Counted from the stretch's first letter, positions 8,017 through 16,794 are shown. The stretch: DNA of 64,000 nucleotides from Eubacteriales bacterium (GCA_045613985.1 JAZLCA010000001.1:616-64615); one strand, 5' to 3'. Made by a program: numbers and translations. Notes: generated by a model not told the origin, from the sequence alone.

Positions 8017-10494
8017 ATGGCAATTCGAGTATTGCTTACCGTCTTGCTGTTGACAACAATCGTGGTGTTGTTTGCAGCGTGTCAGCATGAGCATGTTTAT
8101 GCTGCATGGACGGTAGAAAAACAAGAAACGTGTACCGAAAACGGTATCGAAGTTCGTGTGTGTGAATGCGGCGAAAAAGAACGCAGGGACATTCCGATGA
8201 AAGAACACACACCCGTTACTGATGAAGCCATTGCCGCAACCTGTACAACGGATGGCAAGGCGGAAGGCTCTCACTGCGGCGTATGTGAAACGGTCCTTGT
8301 AGCACAGAACGTAGTTCCCGCAACGGAACACAGCGTCGTTACCGACGAAGCCGTTGCTCCGACCTGTATGACGGACGGTAAAACGCAGGGCACTCACTGT
8401 GGCACGTGTCAGGCTGTCATTATTCCTCAGGTCGGAATTCCTGCAACGGGCCATGCTCCTGTTAACGACGACGCCATTGCTCCTACCTGCACGACGGACG
8501 GTAAAACGCAGGGCGCTCACTGTGGCACGTGTCAAGCGGTCATTATTCCTCAGGTTAATATTCCTGCGCTGGGCCATATTGCTGTGAAGGATCTCGCCGT
8601 TGCCGTAACCTGCACGACGGACGGAAAGACGGAAGGCTCTCACTGCGCCGTATGCTTGGAAGTTCTCGTGGCGCAAAACGTTATTCCCGCAACGGGCCAC
8701 ACTTCCCTGAAGGATGCCGCCGTTGCTGCAACCTGTACGACGGACGGAAAGACGGAAGGCTCTCACTGTGGCGTATGCCAGACAATTCTCGTAGCACAAA
8801 ACGTTATTCCCGCCACCGGCCACACCTCCGTGAAGGATGCTGCCGTTGCTCCGACCTGTACGGCGAACGGTAAGACGGAAGGAAGTCACTGTGGCACGTG
8901 CGCAACTGTTCTGGTGGCGCAAAACATCCTTCCTGCGACGGGACACAGCACCGTGAAGGATGCTGCCGTTGCTCCCACCTGTACAAAGGATGGTAAAACG
9001 CAGGGTACTCACTGCAAAACGTGTCAAGAAATCATCATTCCCCAGGTGAAGATTCCCGCATTGGGTCATGCCTCTGTGACCGATGCCGCCGTTGCCGTAA
9101 CCTGTACAACGGACGGTAAGACGGAAGGCTCTCACTGCGCCGTATGCTCAGAAGTTCTCGTGGCGCAAAATGTCATTCATGCAACGGGACACAAGATCGT
9201 TACTACTGCCGCCGTTGTCGCAACTTGCACGACGGATGGTAAGACGAAAGGCTCTCACTGCAGCGTGTGCGCGGAAGTTGTGGTAGCACAGGACGTCATT
9301 CCCGCAACGGGTCACAAGTATAACGATGGAAAGATTTTGGAAGAGGCCACATGTACTACCCAAGGCACCAGAACGTTCACTTGTACGGTTTCTGCTTGCG
9401 GCCATAGCTATACCGAGTCCTACTCGCTGCCGGCCTATACGGCAACGGAGATCTATAATCAGTCGATTGAGTTCGTTGGAGAAATCATTACTTATGATAG
9501 GGAGGGCAAAGAGTTTGCCCAGGGATCGGGATTCGTTATTTCTTCTGACGGCAAGATCGTTACAAATTATCATGTCCTCGAAGATGCCTACTCCGCAAAA
9601 ATTACGATCAATGGAACTACATATGACATCGCGTACGTTTTAGCCTATGATGCCCACATCGATCTGGCTGTGCTGAAGATCAATGCATCCGGTTTGCCTG
9701 TGGCGCGTATTTGCAAGCAACCCGTAAATGTTGGTGAAACCGTATATGCCCTTGGTTCGCCTCGAGGTATGACCAATACGTATTCGCAGGGCATTGTAAC
9801 GTACGCAAACAGAGTGGTTGACGATGTTTCGCACATTCAGCACGATGCGTCGATTGCTGCCGGTAATTCGGGCGGTCCGTTGATTAACGTTTACGGAGAA
9901 GTTATAGGCATCAACACCTGGACGGTGATTAATTCTCAAAACCTTAATTTCGCCGTATCCGTAACCGAACTGGACAACTTGGTATATGGAACCCCGCTTA
10001 GTATGGCAGAGTTCTATCAAAAGGAATTCGACGTGTTCTTTAAGTTGAAGAATTACATTACGGAAAACGGTTCTTACAACGCAGACACGGGAATGTATAT
10101 GCTCATTCTTGGCGAGTCCTATTCTTCGGATCGTTCGCTCAAGTATACCAGAGCAGCGTTTTATGACGTGAGTGACAATATCGTGATCCTTGCTTTGATT
10201 GTCAACGATGGAGAGCTTTGGCTGTTTATTGAAATCGACGAGGGGTATGATGGCATATATAATTGGATGTACTTTGACGATTATGGGTACGAAATGAGCG
10301 GTGCCGTCACTGCGGCTACCTTTACATCGAATACTCTGTTGGGATACAGCTACACCAACATCCGTTCTTCCTCAATGAAAGCTACTGTGCGCGAATTGGC
10401 GTCCTCGATGATGTCTTTGCTTTGTATGTTTATCAACGAAGACGGTGCGCCGATTGGAGTGACGGCTGAAGATCTGTATTTCTATAATTATTAA
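8017..10494 (+). CDS. Lipoprotein with tandem His/Cys-rich 41-aa repeats, an S1C (trypsin/HtrA-like) serine protease domain and a C-terminal domain of unknown function
   Basis: Lipobox LFAAC. Catalytic motifs TNYHV, DLAVLKI and GNSGGPL are present. Confidence 0.85.
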   Translation: MAIRVLLTVLLLTTIVVLFAACQHEHVYAAWTVEKQETCTENGIEVRVCECGEKERRDIPMKEHTPVTDEAIAATCTTDGKAEGSHCGVCETVLVAQNVVPATEHSVVTDEAVAPTCMTDGKTQGTHCGTCQAVIIPQVGIPATGHAPVNDDAIAPTCTTDGKTQGAHCGTCQAVIIPQVNIPALGHIAVKDLAVAVTCTTDGKTEGSHCAVCLEVLVAQNVIPATGHTSLKDAAVAATCTTDGKTEGSHCGVCQTILVAQNVIPATGHTSVKDAAVAPTCTANGKTEGSHCGTCATVLVAQNILPATGHSTVKDAAVAPTCTKDGKTQGTHCKTCQEIIIPQVKIPALGHASVTDAAVAVTCTTDGKTEGSHCAVCSEVLVAQNVIHATGHKIVTTAAVVATCTTDGKTKGSHCSVCAEVVVAQDVIPATGHKYNDGKILEEATCTTQGTRTFTCTVSACGHSYTESYSLPAYTATEIYNQSIEFVGEIITYDREGKEFAQGSGFVISSDGKIVTNYHVLEDAYSAKITINGTTYDIAYVLAYDAHIDLAVLKINASGLPVARICKQPVNVGETVYALGSPRGMTNTYSQGIVTYANRVVDDVSHIQHDASIAAGNSGGPLINVYGEVIGINTWTVINSQNLNFAVSVTELDNLVYGTPLSMAEFYQKEFDVFFKLKNYITENGSYNADTGMYMLILGESYSSDRSLKYTRAAFYDVSDNIVILALIVNDGELWLFIEIDEGYDGIYNWMYFDDYGYEMSGAVTAATFTSNTLLGYSYTNIRSSSMKATVRELASSMMSLLCMFINEDGAPIGVTAEDLYFYNY
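8206..9312 (+). repeat. 9 x 123-bp in-frame tandem repeats (41 aa each), with degenerate units on both sides
   Basis: Unit H-x11-C-x10-C-x2-C, for example HTSLKDAAVAATCTTDGKTEGSHCGVCQTILVAQNVIPATG. Confidence 0.9.
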
Positions 10495-10548
10495 GATCAT
10501 TAATTCAAGGAATTGACAAGAAAGGGAGTCCGACAGGATTCCCTTTCT

Positions 10549-10653
10549 TGGTCGAGGTGACAAGATTCAGAACTTAGTTTTGCGCCGAAAATTCAGCAGT
10601 AACCCATAGTTTCGCGCAGCGCAAAACGAGCAAATGCTGTCGCATTTGCGAAG
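10549..10653. repeat. Copy A of a ~105-nt repeat that begins with a degenerate tRNA-Pro 3' end
   Basis: TGGTCGAGGTGACAAGATTCAGAAC is the tRNA 3' 24 nt with a 1-nt insertion. Further copies lie at 10718-10825 and 17439-17545. Confidence 0.7.
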
Positions 10654-10723
10654 CTCAAATCGACAAACTCTAGCTAAAAATAGAGCAGGGAAGCTAAAGC
10701 CTCCCTGCTCTATTTTTGGTTGA

Positions 10724-10931
10724 GGTGACAAGATTCAGAACTTAGTTTTGCGCAGAAAATTCAGCAGTAACCCATAGTTTGGTGTAGCGCAAAACGAGCA
10801 AATGCTGTCGCATTTGCGAAGTCCTGAATCCGTGAAGCATCAAGCGATAAAACAAAAAGCAGGGATAACCCTGCTTTTTGTTTTATGGTCGAGGTGACAA
10901 GATTCGAACTTGCGACTTCTACGTCCCGAAC
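10724..10931. repeat. Left 208-bp direct repeat bracketing the island
   Basis: Aligns without indels to 17439-17646, with about 8 mismatches by eye. Confidence 0.9.
10886..10931 (-). pseudogene. tRNA-Pro 3' fragment (46 nt, from the anticodon loop to CCA), an att-type duplicate
   Basis: Identical to 17601-17646. Identity stops inside the anticodon loop. Confidence 0.85.
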
Positions 10932-11172
10932 TTATGTCATTTGTTGAACTTTCGGTTATTACTTACAATCTTTACAAGCTTTATTTTAACATGGCGCTGC
11001 GGATCCGTGCGCTCTTGACGGCGCTTTTTTGTTTTACAGGAATTGATTTATGCCGGTGCGCGGCAGAATGCGTAACAAGCGCGTGGGATTGCGTAACACA
11101 TCACAAACGGTTTCATGTAAATACGCATGGGAGAGTTTGCAAAAAGGTTGCGAATAACTCAATTAAAGGCTG

Positions 11173-11201
11173 TGTACAAATCAATCCAAATGCGATATAA
11201 T
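11173..11201 (+). promoter_or_regulatory. Candidate promoter TGTACA-17-TATAAT for the XRE gene
   Basis: -35 at 11173-11178 and -10 at 11196-11201. Confidence 0.5.
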
Positions 11202-11255
11202 GTCATCATTAAAATTCAAAGACAAGTTATTGTTGCGTTGGTGGGAGGACGAAAA

Positions 11256-11582
11256 ATGTCGCTATCAAAAGAAACGATAGGAAAAAGGATTTCAAATGCA
11301 AGAAAAGCAGCGGGGTTAACACAAGAGGAACTATCTGAAAAAATCGGCATATCCGAAAAGTATTTAAGTCGAATAGAATGTGGAAAGCAAGTTCCAAGCA
11401 TCACCATTATTTGGAGAATATGTGAGGTGCTACGTATTTCGGTGGATAATTTGCTTTCGCTAGGTCAGATTACGGCTTCTGATAGTAGCATACATAATGA
11501 GATCGCCCATTTCTCAACATATGAGCAGGAGCAAATCATGGAGATCATAAAAATTATCAAAAAGATAAAAAATCAACCGTAA
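11256..11582 (+). CDS. XRE-family helix-turn-helix transcriptional regulator
   Basis: ATG at 11256 follows GGGAGG. Contains GKRISNARKAAGLTQEELSEKIGISEKYLSRIECGKQVPS, a classic HTH_3 pattern. Confidence 0.85.
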   Translation: MSLSKETIGKRISNARKAAGLTQEELSEKIGISEKYLSRIECGKQVPSITIIWRICEVLRISVDNLLSLGQITASDSSIHNEIAHFSTYEQEQIMEIIKIIKKIKNQP

Positions 11583-11585
11583 GTT

Positions 11586-11629
11586 CAACCGATAGGTATA
11601 GAGATATACTTATCGGTTGTTTTCTTTTT
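11586..11629 (+). terminator. Intrinsic terminator
   Basis: CAACCGATA...TATCGGTTG stem followed by TTTTCTTTTT. Confidence 0.8.
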
Positions 11630-11724
11630 CGCGAGATTTGATAGAATGTTTCGTAATAAAGATACCATTAAATAAATTCATCTGTTCGTGATAAAATAAT
11701 TAGGTAGAAGGAGGATGATAGAAT

Positions 11725-12564
11725 ATGAGAAAAATAACAAATGAAACAATACAATCATTCAATGACTATCTAATTAACGAGGAAAAGGCAGCGGCAACCA
11801 TCACTAAGTATCTGCATGATGTGGGCGGATTTCAAATATGGCTTGGCGAACAAGAACTATGCAAAGCGGCAATTCTTGCTTATAAGGCATATCTTTGCGA
11901 GCATTACGCCCCAGCAAGTGTCAATGCCGCGCTCTCGTCACTCAATAGTTTTTTCAATTTTATGGAGTGGTACGATTTGAGAGTGAAGAACCTTAAAATC
12001 CAGAAGCAGATATTTGCTTCAACGGACAAGGAGTTGACTAAAGCCGAGTATGATCGCCTTTTGAGTGCGGCAAAACAGAAGAAAAACGAGCGTTTGTATC
12101 TCTTGATGCAGACGATCTGCTCCACGGGTATCCGCGTATCCGAGGTGCGCTATGTTACTGTGGAGGCAGTTGCACGCGGTATTGCCGAGATCAACTGCAA
12201 GGGCAAGCGCAGACAGGTGTTCTTGCCCAAACAGCTTTGTCAGATCTTGAAGCAGTATATCAAGGAACAAAAAATAACAAGCGGAGCCGTGTTCGTAACG
12301 AAAAACGGCAATCCGCTGGATAGATCGAATATCTGGAGTGATATGAAAAAACTGTGTAAGGCGGCGAACGTGTCGGGAAAGAAGGTCTTTCCGCACAACC
12401 TCCGTCACCTTTTCGCGCGCACTTATTACAGCTTGCAAAAGGACATCGTGCGCTTGGCTGACATTCTCGGGCACAGTAGCGTGAACACAACGAGAATTTA
12501 TACAATGGAAACAGGGGAGATACACCGCAGACAAATTCAGAAATTAGGGCTTTTGCGGTGTTAA
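11725..12564 (+). CDS. Tyrosine recombinase (Xer/invertase-like, 279 aa, no arm-binding N-domain)
   Basis: RBS GAAGGAGGA. SAM-like N-domain. Catalytic residues in TGIRVSE (R), HNLRH (H-x-x-R), LGHSS (H) and TRIYT (Y). Confidence 0.9.
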   Translation: MRKITNETIQSFNDYLINEEKAAATITKYLHDVGGFQIWLGEQELCKAAILAYKAYLCEHYAPASVNAALSSLNSFFNFMEWYDLRVKNLKIQKQIFASTDKELTKAEYDRLLSAAKQKKNERLYLLMQTICSTGIRVSEVRYVTVEAVARGIAEINCKGKRRQVFLPKQLCQILKQYIKEQKITSGAVFVTKNGNPLDRSNIWSDMKKLCKAANVSGKKVFPHNLRHLFARTYYSLQKDIVRLADILGHSSVNTTRIYTMETGEIHRRQIQKLGLLRC

Positions 12565-12584
12565 AACGGGCAAAAAATAAAACT

Positions 12585-12608
12585 ACCACATAATTCTCAT
12601 TATGTAGT
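12585..12608. repeat. Inverted repeat, left copy (ACCACATAATTCTCATTATGTAGT)
   Basis: Exact reverse complement of 12811-12834. Confidence 0.95.
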
Positions 12609-12631
12609 AGATATATAATTATACGTAATAT

Positions 12632-12660
12632 ATTTTACCACTTGTCAACATATTTGTCAA
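12632..12660 (-). promoter_or_regulatory. Near-consensus promoter TTGACA-17-TGgTAAAAT inside the invertible segment, currently reading leftward
   Basis: -35 at 12660-12655, TG at 12640-12639, -10 at 12637-12632 (minus strand). Confidence 0.65.
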
Positions 12661-12810
12661 TCGAGAAACGAGATAAAATTAGCTTTTACGATAAAATTTA
12701 CGAAAACAAGCATAGGAAACAGACCAATGAAGATTTTGACTTTTCATTGGTCTTGTTGAGCGTGGCACAATAGTATTGCGCTTTTAAATTTTAAATTTTA
12801 TATTTTATTC

Positions 12811-12834
12811 ACTACATAATGAGAATTATGTGGT
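12811..12834. repeat. Inverted repeat, right copy
   Basis: ACTACATAATGAGAATTATGTGGT. Confidence 0.95.
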
Positions 12835-12847
12835 GAAAGGAGGGCCT

Positions 12848-14236
12848 ATGTCGATTATCGAAGTTATTAAATATGAAGGCGACAATAGTACATTCATATG
12901 GAAACACCCTTGCGAGGATTTCAATACGACCACACAGCTGATCGTACACGAATCGCAAGAGGCGATTTTCTTCGCAAATGGTCAACTTCTTGATGTGTTT
13001 GGAGCGGGCAGGCACACACTTGAAACGCAAAACATTCCGTTGCTCAGAAAAATAGTAAATATACCGACAGGTGGCAAGTCAGCGTTTCACTGTGAGGTCT
13101 ATTTTATCAACAAAACAGTGCAAATGGCTCTTAAATGGGGAACGGATTCTAAGGTGCGATTTCTTGATACCAATCTTGGCATTCCTTTGGAGATTGGTGC
13201 GTGTGGAGAAATGAATCTTGCCGTTGCCGATTCGAGAAAGCTTCTTTTGAAGCTCGTTGGAACGATGCGTGGTATTGCTTGGGGAGAAAATGGTATGGGA
13301 TTTACAAAATCCCTTCAAACTTCCTTCCGCCCATTGATTTCCACCGCAGTAAAATCACATTTATCAACAGCGATAAAATCAAATAATATAAACATTCTTG
13401 AGATTGACGAAAATCTTGAAACGCTTTCAAAAATCATGCACGAGTGCATTATTGGAGGCTTTGAGGAATACGGACTCACGATTCCTCAGTTTTATATAAC
13501 CAATATCGCACTCCCCGAAAACGATCCAAATTTTAAGAGAATGAAGGAATTATATACAGTTTCCTTCCAGACAAGAATGATTCAGGCGGATGCCCTTATA
13601 AGAACAACTCAGGCTGATGCTGAAGCGGGGGTTACAGCAGCGCGCCGCAAGATTGAAATGGAGCGTCAGATTACCGAAACAGAGGTCGCAAAGAGTGAGG
13701 CTGAACGTGATCTTATTCGCGCTCAAACAGTAGCCCAAGCTGCAAAGATGACGGGCTTTGCCGAGGCTGAAATTATGGCCGCGCAAGGCTATACCAAGAA
13801 AGATATACTGGCAACAGAAGTGCAGAAGGCATACGCCGAAGGTCTTGGCAATATGACGATCAACGGTGGGGGCGGTGTGGCAGGCGATATGATTGGACTT
13901 GGCGTTGGAATGGCGGCGGCGGGTGCCGTCGCGCCTCAACTCGGCGAAATGTTCAAGGGCTTTGCTCCGACGGTTCCCACACAGACACCCGAAGTTAAGT
14001 GCGCTAAATGCGGCGCGGCTCTTCCCGCAAACGCGAAGTTCTGTTTGGAGTGTGGAGAAAAAGTTGTTACTCCCCCACCCTCTGATATGATCGTTTGCCC
14101 CGAATGTGGTAATACGGTTGCGAAAGGTAAATTCTGCCCCGAGTGCGGACACAAGTTGGTAACTGTTTGTCCCAAATGCGGAAAAGATGTAGTCGCCGGT
14201 GCTAAATTCTGCCTTGAATGCGGCGAAAAGTTATGA
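12848..14236 (+). CDS. YdjI-type SPFH (Band-7-like) protein with a coiled coil and three C-terminal zinc ribbons
   Basis: RBS AAGGAGG at 12837-12843. N-terminus IEVIKYEG..FIWKHP...LIVHESQEAIFF.NGQ...EVYFINK...KWGT. The C-terminus has 3 x CxxC-x9-10-CxxC. Confidence 0.8.
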   Translation: MSIIEVIKYEGDNSTFIWKHPCEDFNTTTQLIVHESQEAIFFANGQLLDVFGAGRHTLETQNIPLLRKIVNIPTGGKSAFHCEVYFINKTVQMALKWGTDSKVRFLDTNLGIPLEIGACGEMNLAVADSRKLLLKLVGTMRGIAWGENGMGFTKSLQTSFRPLISTAVKSHLSTAIKSNNINILEIDENLETLSKIMHECIIGGFEEYGLTIPQFYITNIALPENDPNFKRMKELYTVSFQTRMIQADALIRTTQADAEAGVTAARRKIEMERQITETEVAKSEAERDLIRAQTVAQAAKMTGFAEAEIMAAQGYTKKDILATEVQKAYAEGLGNMTINGGGGVAGDMIGLGVGMAAAGAVAPQLGEMFKGFAPTVPTQTPEVKCAKCGAALPANAKFCLECGEKVVTPPPSDMIVCPECGNTVAKGKFCPECGHKLVTVCPKCGKDVVAGAKFCLECGEKL

Positions 14237-14250
14237 TGGAGGGCGCGACA

Positions 14251-14652
14251 ATGAAAAAAAGCTTCACTCCACACATAATACTTGCAATTCTATTTGGGTT
14301 GTTTAACGTTGTTGCCTTTGCGATTCCGTCGGATAAAACGTCTACGTTTTGGGTGGCGTATGGATTTACAGCCGCTATGTTTTGCGTTGAGGTGATTGTT
14401 TTACTTATGGCGTTTCCAAAGGATAATACGGCAAAAAAACAATTTTTGTCGTGGCCTCTTATCTGTGTTGGCACGACATACTTCATCATTCAAACGATTT
14501 TGTTTTTCCCATTCAAGCTCTTCCCCAGCATTCCCTCGTGGATAGCCGTTATCGTATTTTCTCTTGTATTCGGAATAGCTCTCATTTGCATTATTGCAAC
14601 TAAAGCAAGCGCTAATTCAATTAAGAATTATGACGAAGCGCGCAAGAGGTGA
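14251..14652 (+). CDS. Small integral membrane protein (about 4 TM helices)
   Basis: ATG at 14251 follows GGAGGG. Four hydrophobic stretches. Confidence 0.7.
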   Translation: MKKSFTPHIILAILFGLFNVVAFAIPSDKTSTFWVAYGFTAAMFCVEVIVLLMAFPKDNTAKKQFLSWPLICVGTTYFIIQTILFFPFKLFPSIPSWIAVIVFSLVFGIALICIIATKASANSIKNYDEARKR

Positions 14653-14657
14653 TTGGT

Positions 14658-15827
14658 ATGGCGATACTGAAGGAACGCTGTCCCAATTGCGGCGGAACAA
14701 TAATTCTTCCGCCGAATGCAAGCGTCGGAGAATGCGATTACTGCGGTGTGACCTATTCTCTGTCAGAATTGCAAAAAATCAAGGATGCAATTAATGAAGG
14801 ACAGCAAATAACAAAAGAAAGCGATTGCAACCTTGACGAAGACGAATCTTATGAATCTGCACTTGATACGAGCGAGGCGGACGAAATTTCACTTGGTGAA
14901 CTTTGCAAAAAAGCCGAAATAGCTCTTGAGTCTGAGCAATGGCAGATTGCAAACAGCTTCAGTAATGAAATATTACGCAGAGATCCCAAATTTGCCAAAG
15001 CTTATCTTTATAAGCTTCTTGCAGAACATAAAGTGTTCAAGAAAGAAGAACTGGCAAACTTAAGAAAGCCGTTTGATGGCAGCGATAATTACCGCTTGCT
15101 AATTAGATTTGCTGATTTGTATCTAAAGTCGGAAATTGAAAATTACAGCGAAGCGGTAAAAGCAAGATATCAAGCGGAAACGTTGGAAAATCAATATCAA
15201 GCTTTATGTAACCAAACAAAAACCGCCTCTACCGAACAAGACTATCAAAATTTGGCTAACGGATTCCATAGCCTTGAGGACTACAAAGATTCTAAAAAGC
15301 TTTCCGCGGAATATTTGAAGAAATTCAAGAGCGCAAATAGGCAGTCGCAAGCCAAAGCAAAAAGAAAAAAGTTTTTTATAAAACTTATAATCTTCGGGAT
15401 TGTTTTTGCTATTATCGGAGTGCCTATATTAAAGAAAGCATCCTATCGTGGTGGACTGTTTTCGGTGGAAGTCACAGATAAGGTCAACGTTGATTACGAC
15501 GACTATACTGCGGATTTTGTATTTAAGTTCAACATTATTAACGATAGCTGGCACAATGCCAATTACTTGGAAGGATATATAACCATTAGTGACGCGGAAG
15601 GCACAGTCCTTGCAAGTGGTGGCAATTGGTTTAGCGGAGCGATTTCAGCTAAAAACTCGAATTATCATGAACTATCGTTTGATCTTGACCGAAGTGCTGC
15701 TACAACCCGACTTTGGAATACCGATTTTTCAGACCTTGTTATTAAGTACAGAATCACCGAAATCCATTTTGATGACGGAACTGTAAAAGAATATACTGGA
15801 AAAGACATTATCGTGAACAAGCCTTAA
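14658..15827 (+). CDS. Zinc-ribbon / TPR-like / single-TM protein with a beta-rich C-terminal domain
   Basis: ATG at 14658 follows AGAGGTG. Contains CPNC-x14-CDYC, the TM segment FFIKLIIFGIVFAIIGVPIL, and a C-terminal domain of about 130 aa. Confidence 0.7.
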   Translation: MAILKERCPNCGGTIILPPNASVGECDYCGVTYSLSELQKIKDAINEGQQITKESDCNLDEDESYESALDTSEADEISLGELCKKAEIALESEQWQIANSFSNEILRRDPKFAKAYLYKLLAEHKVFKKEELANLRKPFDGSDNYRLLIRFADLYLKSEIENYSEAVKARYQAETLENQYQALCNQTKTASTEQDYQNLANGFHSLEDYKDSKKLSAEYLKKFKSANRQSQAKAKRKKFFIKLIIFGIVFAIIGVPILKKASYRGGLFSVEVTDKVNVDYDDYTADFVFKFNIINDSWHNANYLEGYITISDAEGTVLASGGNWFSGAISAKNSNYHELSFDLDRSAATTRLWNTDFSDLVIKYRITEIHFDDGTVKEYTGKDIIVNKP

Positions 15828-15874
15828 TTGGCTGAAATTTGTATTTGCAGATTTCAAATATATTAATGATGTTA

Positions 15875-15891
15875 TCTCTTGCTTTGAGTAA
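15875..15891. repeat. 17-bp motif TCTCTTGCTTTGAGTAA, inverted relative to the copies at 16798-16814 and 16831-16847
   Basis: Exact reverse-complement match. Confidence 0.9.
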
Positions 15892-15941
15892 TAAAAACAT
15901 TGGAGATTTATAACATTTTATTTGTATGGAAGGAAACTCAA

Positions 15942-16772
15942 ATGAAAAAAATATTAGCAAAATTAAAACATATGTGGAAGGATCCAATCAACACAATTGA
16001 GGAAGCGGATGCGCGCAAGAAAGAGATATTGCCTTGGTTGTATGGTTGCATTGGAGCTGCAGTTTTGTTCTGTGGATTGTCAAATGTTGGGCCGCTCGGT
16101 TTCTTGATGATCTTTGGGTTGGTAGCTATTTTCGGAGTGATGGCGTTTGGATTTATGCTTTTTGTTACTGTCAAGGCTAAAGAGAAGTTTGGCGCTCTTA
16201 CCTGTAACAACTGTAACACCATGGCAACAATCAAAACCCCTGAGGAATATGAGGCGCAGGTATCTTATGTCTATGACGTTGCATTTAAGGCAGAGTATGA
16301 GGGTATAAGCCACCCTCAAAGCAACAACGGTGTAATTTCCGAGGTTAGAGCCAAGGCACATGCTTCGGTCGCCATTTCGATAGACCTTAAGTGTGCTAAC
16401 TGCGGCACCGTAAAGCATCTTGAATACGTAATCACTCCTTTCAAGTGCTCTATTATAGAGAAGAAGGTTCTTGTAAGAGACGTTGAACTTGTAAAGATGC
16501 GACTGGAGAATGCTGTTAAGGAAGTTGTTAACGATTTTAACGACCTTGAAAAGCGCGTAAAAATTCCCTTTACCATTCACAGCATTCACAATCCCAAGTA
16601 TGAGGAGAGAACTAAGCCTCAAGTTGGAAACGACGGAGTTGCGTTCCCCCACTATAACGGTGTAAAGATCGATTATCACAGAACTCCCGAAGAAATGATT
16701 AGAGGATTCTTCCTTGAGAACGAACTTAATGGTAAGATCATCGATCCTAGCAAGCCCAAAAAGTCAAAGTAA
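15942..16772 (+). CDS. Membrane protein (2 N-terminal TM helices) with a four-Cys (CNNC...CANC) domain
   Basis: ATG at 15942 follows GGAAGGA. Hydrophobic N-terminus. Confidence 0.65.
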   Translation: MKKILAKLKHMWKDPINTIEEADARKKEILPWLYGCIGAAVLFCGLSNVGPLGFLMIFGLVAIFGVMAFGFMLFVTVKAKEKFGALTCNNCNTMATIKTPEEYEAQVSYVYDVAFKAEYEGISHPQSNNGVISEVRAKAHASVAISIDLKCANCGTVKHLEYVITPFKCSIIEKKVLVRDVELVKMRLENAVKEVVNDFNDLEKRVKIPFTIHSIHNPKYEERTKPQVGNDGVAFPHYNGVKIDYHRTPEEMIRGFFLENELNGKIIDPSKPKKSK

Positions 16773-16794
16773 TCAATTATACATATCAATAGAT

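Larger units (their letters stand above)
12585..12834. promoter_or_regulatory. Candidate invertible promoter element (24-bp IRs plus 202-bp interior)
   Basis: Perfect IRs lie directly 3' of a recombinase gene and 13 nt 5' of the next ATG. The interior contains a strong promoter. Confidence 0.65.

Noticed and set aside
8206-9312. Regular 123-bp repeats considered as a possible CRISPR-like array
   Set aside because: The units are contiguous with no unique spacers, are in-frame within a long ORF, and encode a conserved His/Cys peptide motif. There are no cas genes.
10910-11200. 96-aa plus-strand ORF at the island's left junction
   Set aside because: It starts inside the tRNA-fragment repeat, has no RBS, and runs through the putative XRE promoter region.
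11725-12564. Interpreting the recombinase as a classical tRNA-targeting island integrase
   Set aside because: At 279 aa it appears to lack the N-terminal arm-binding domain typical of such integrases, and it sits directly against a perfect inverted-repeat switch. I therefore favour an invertase role, while leaving an integration role open.
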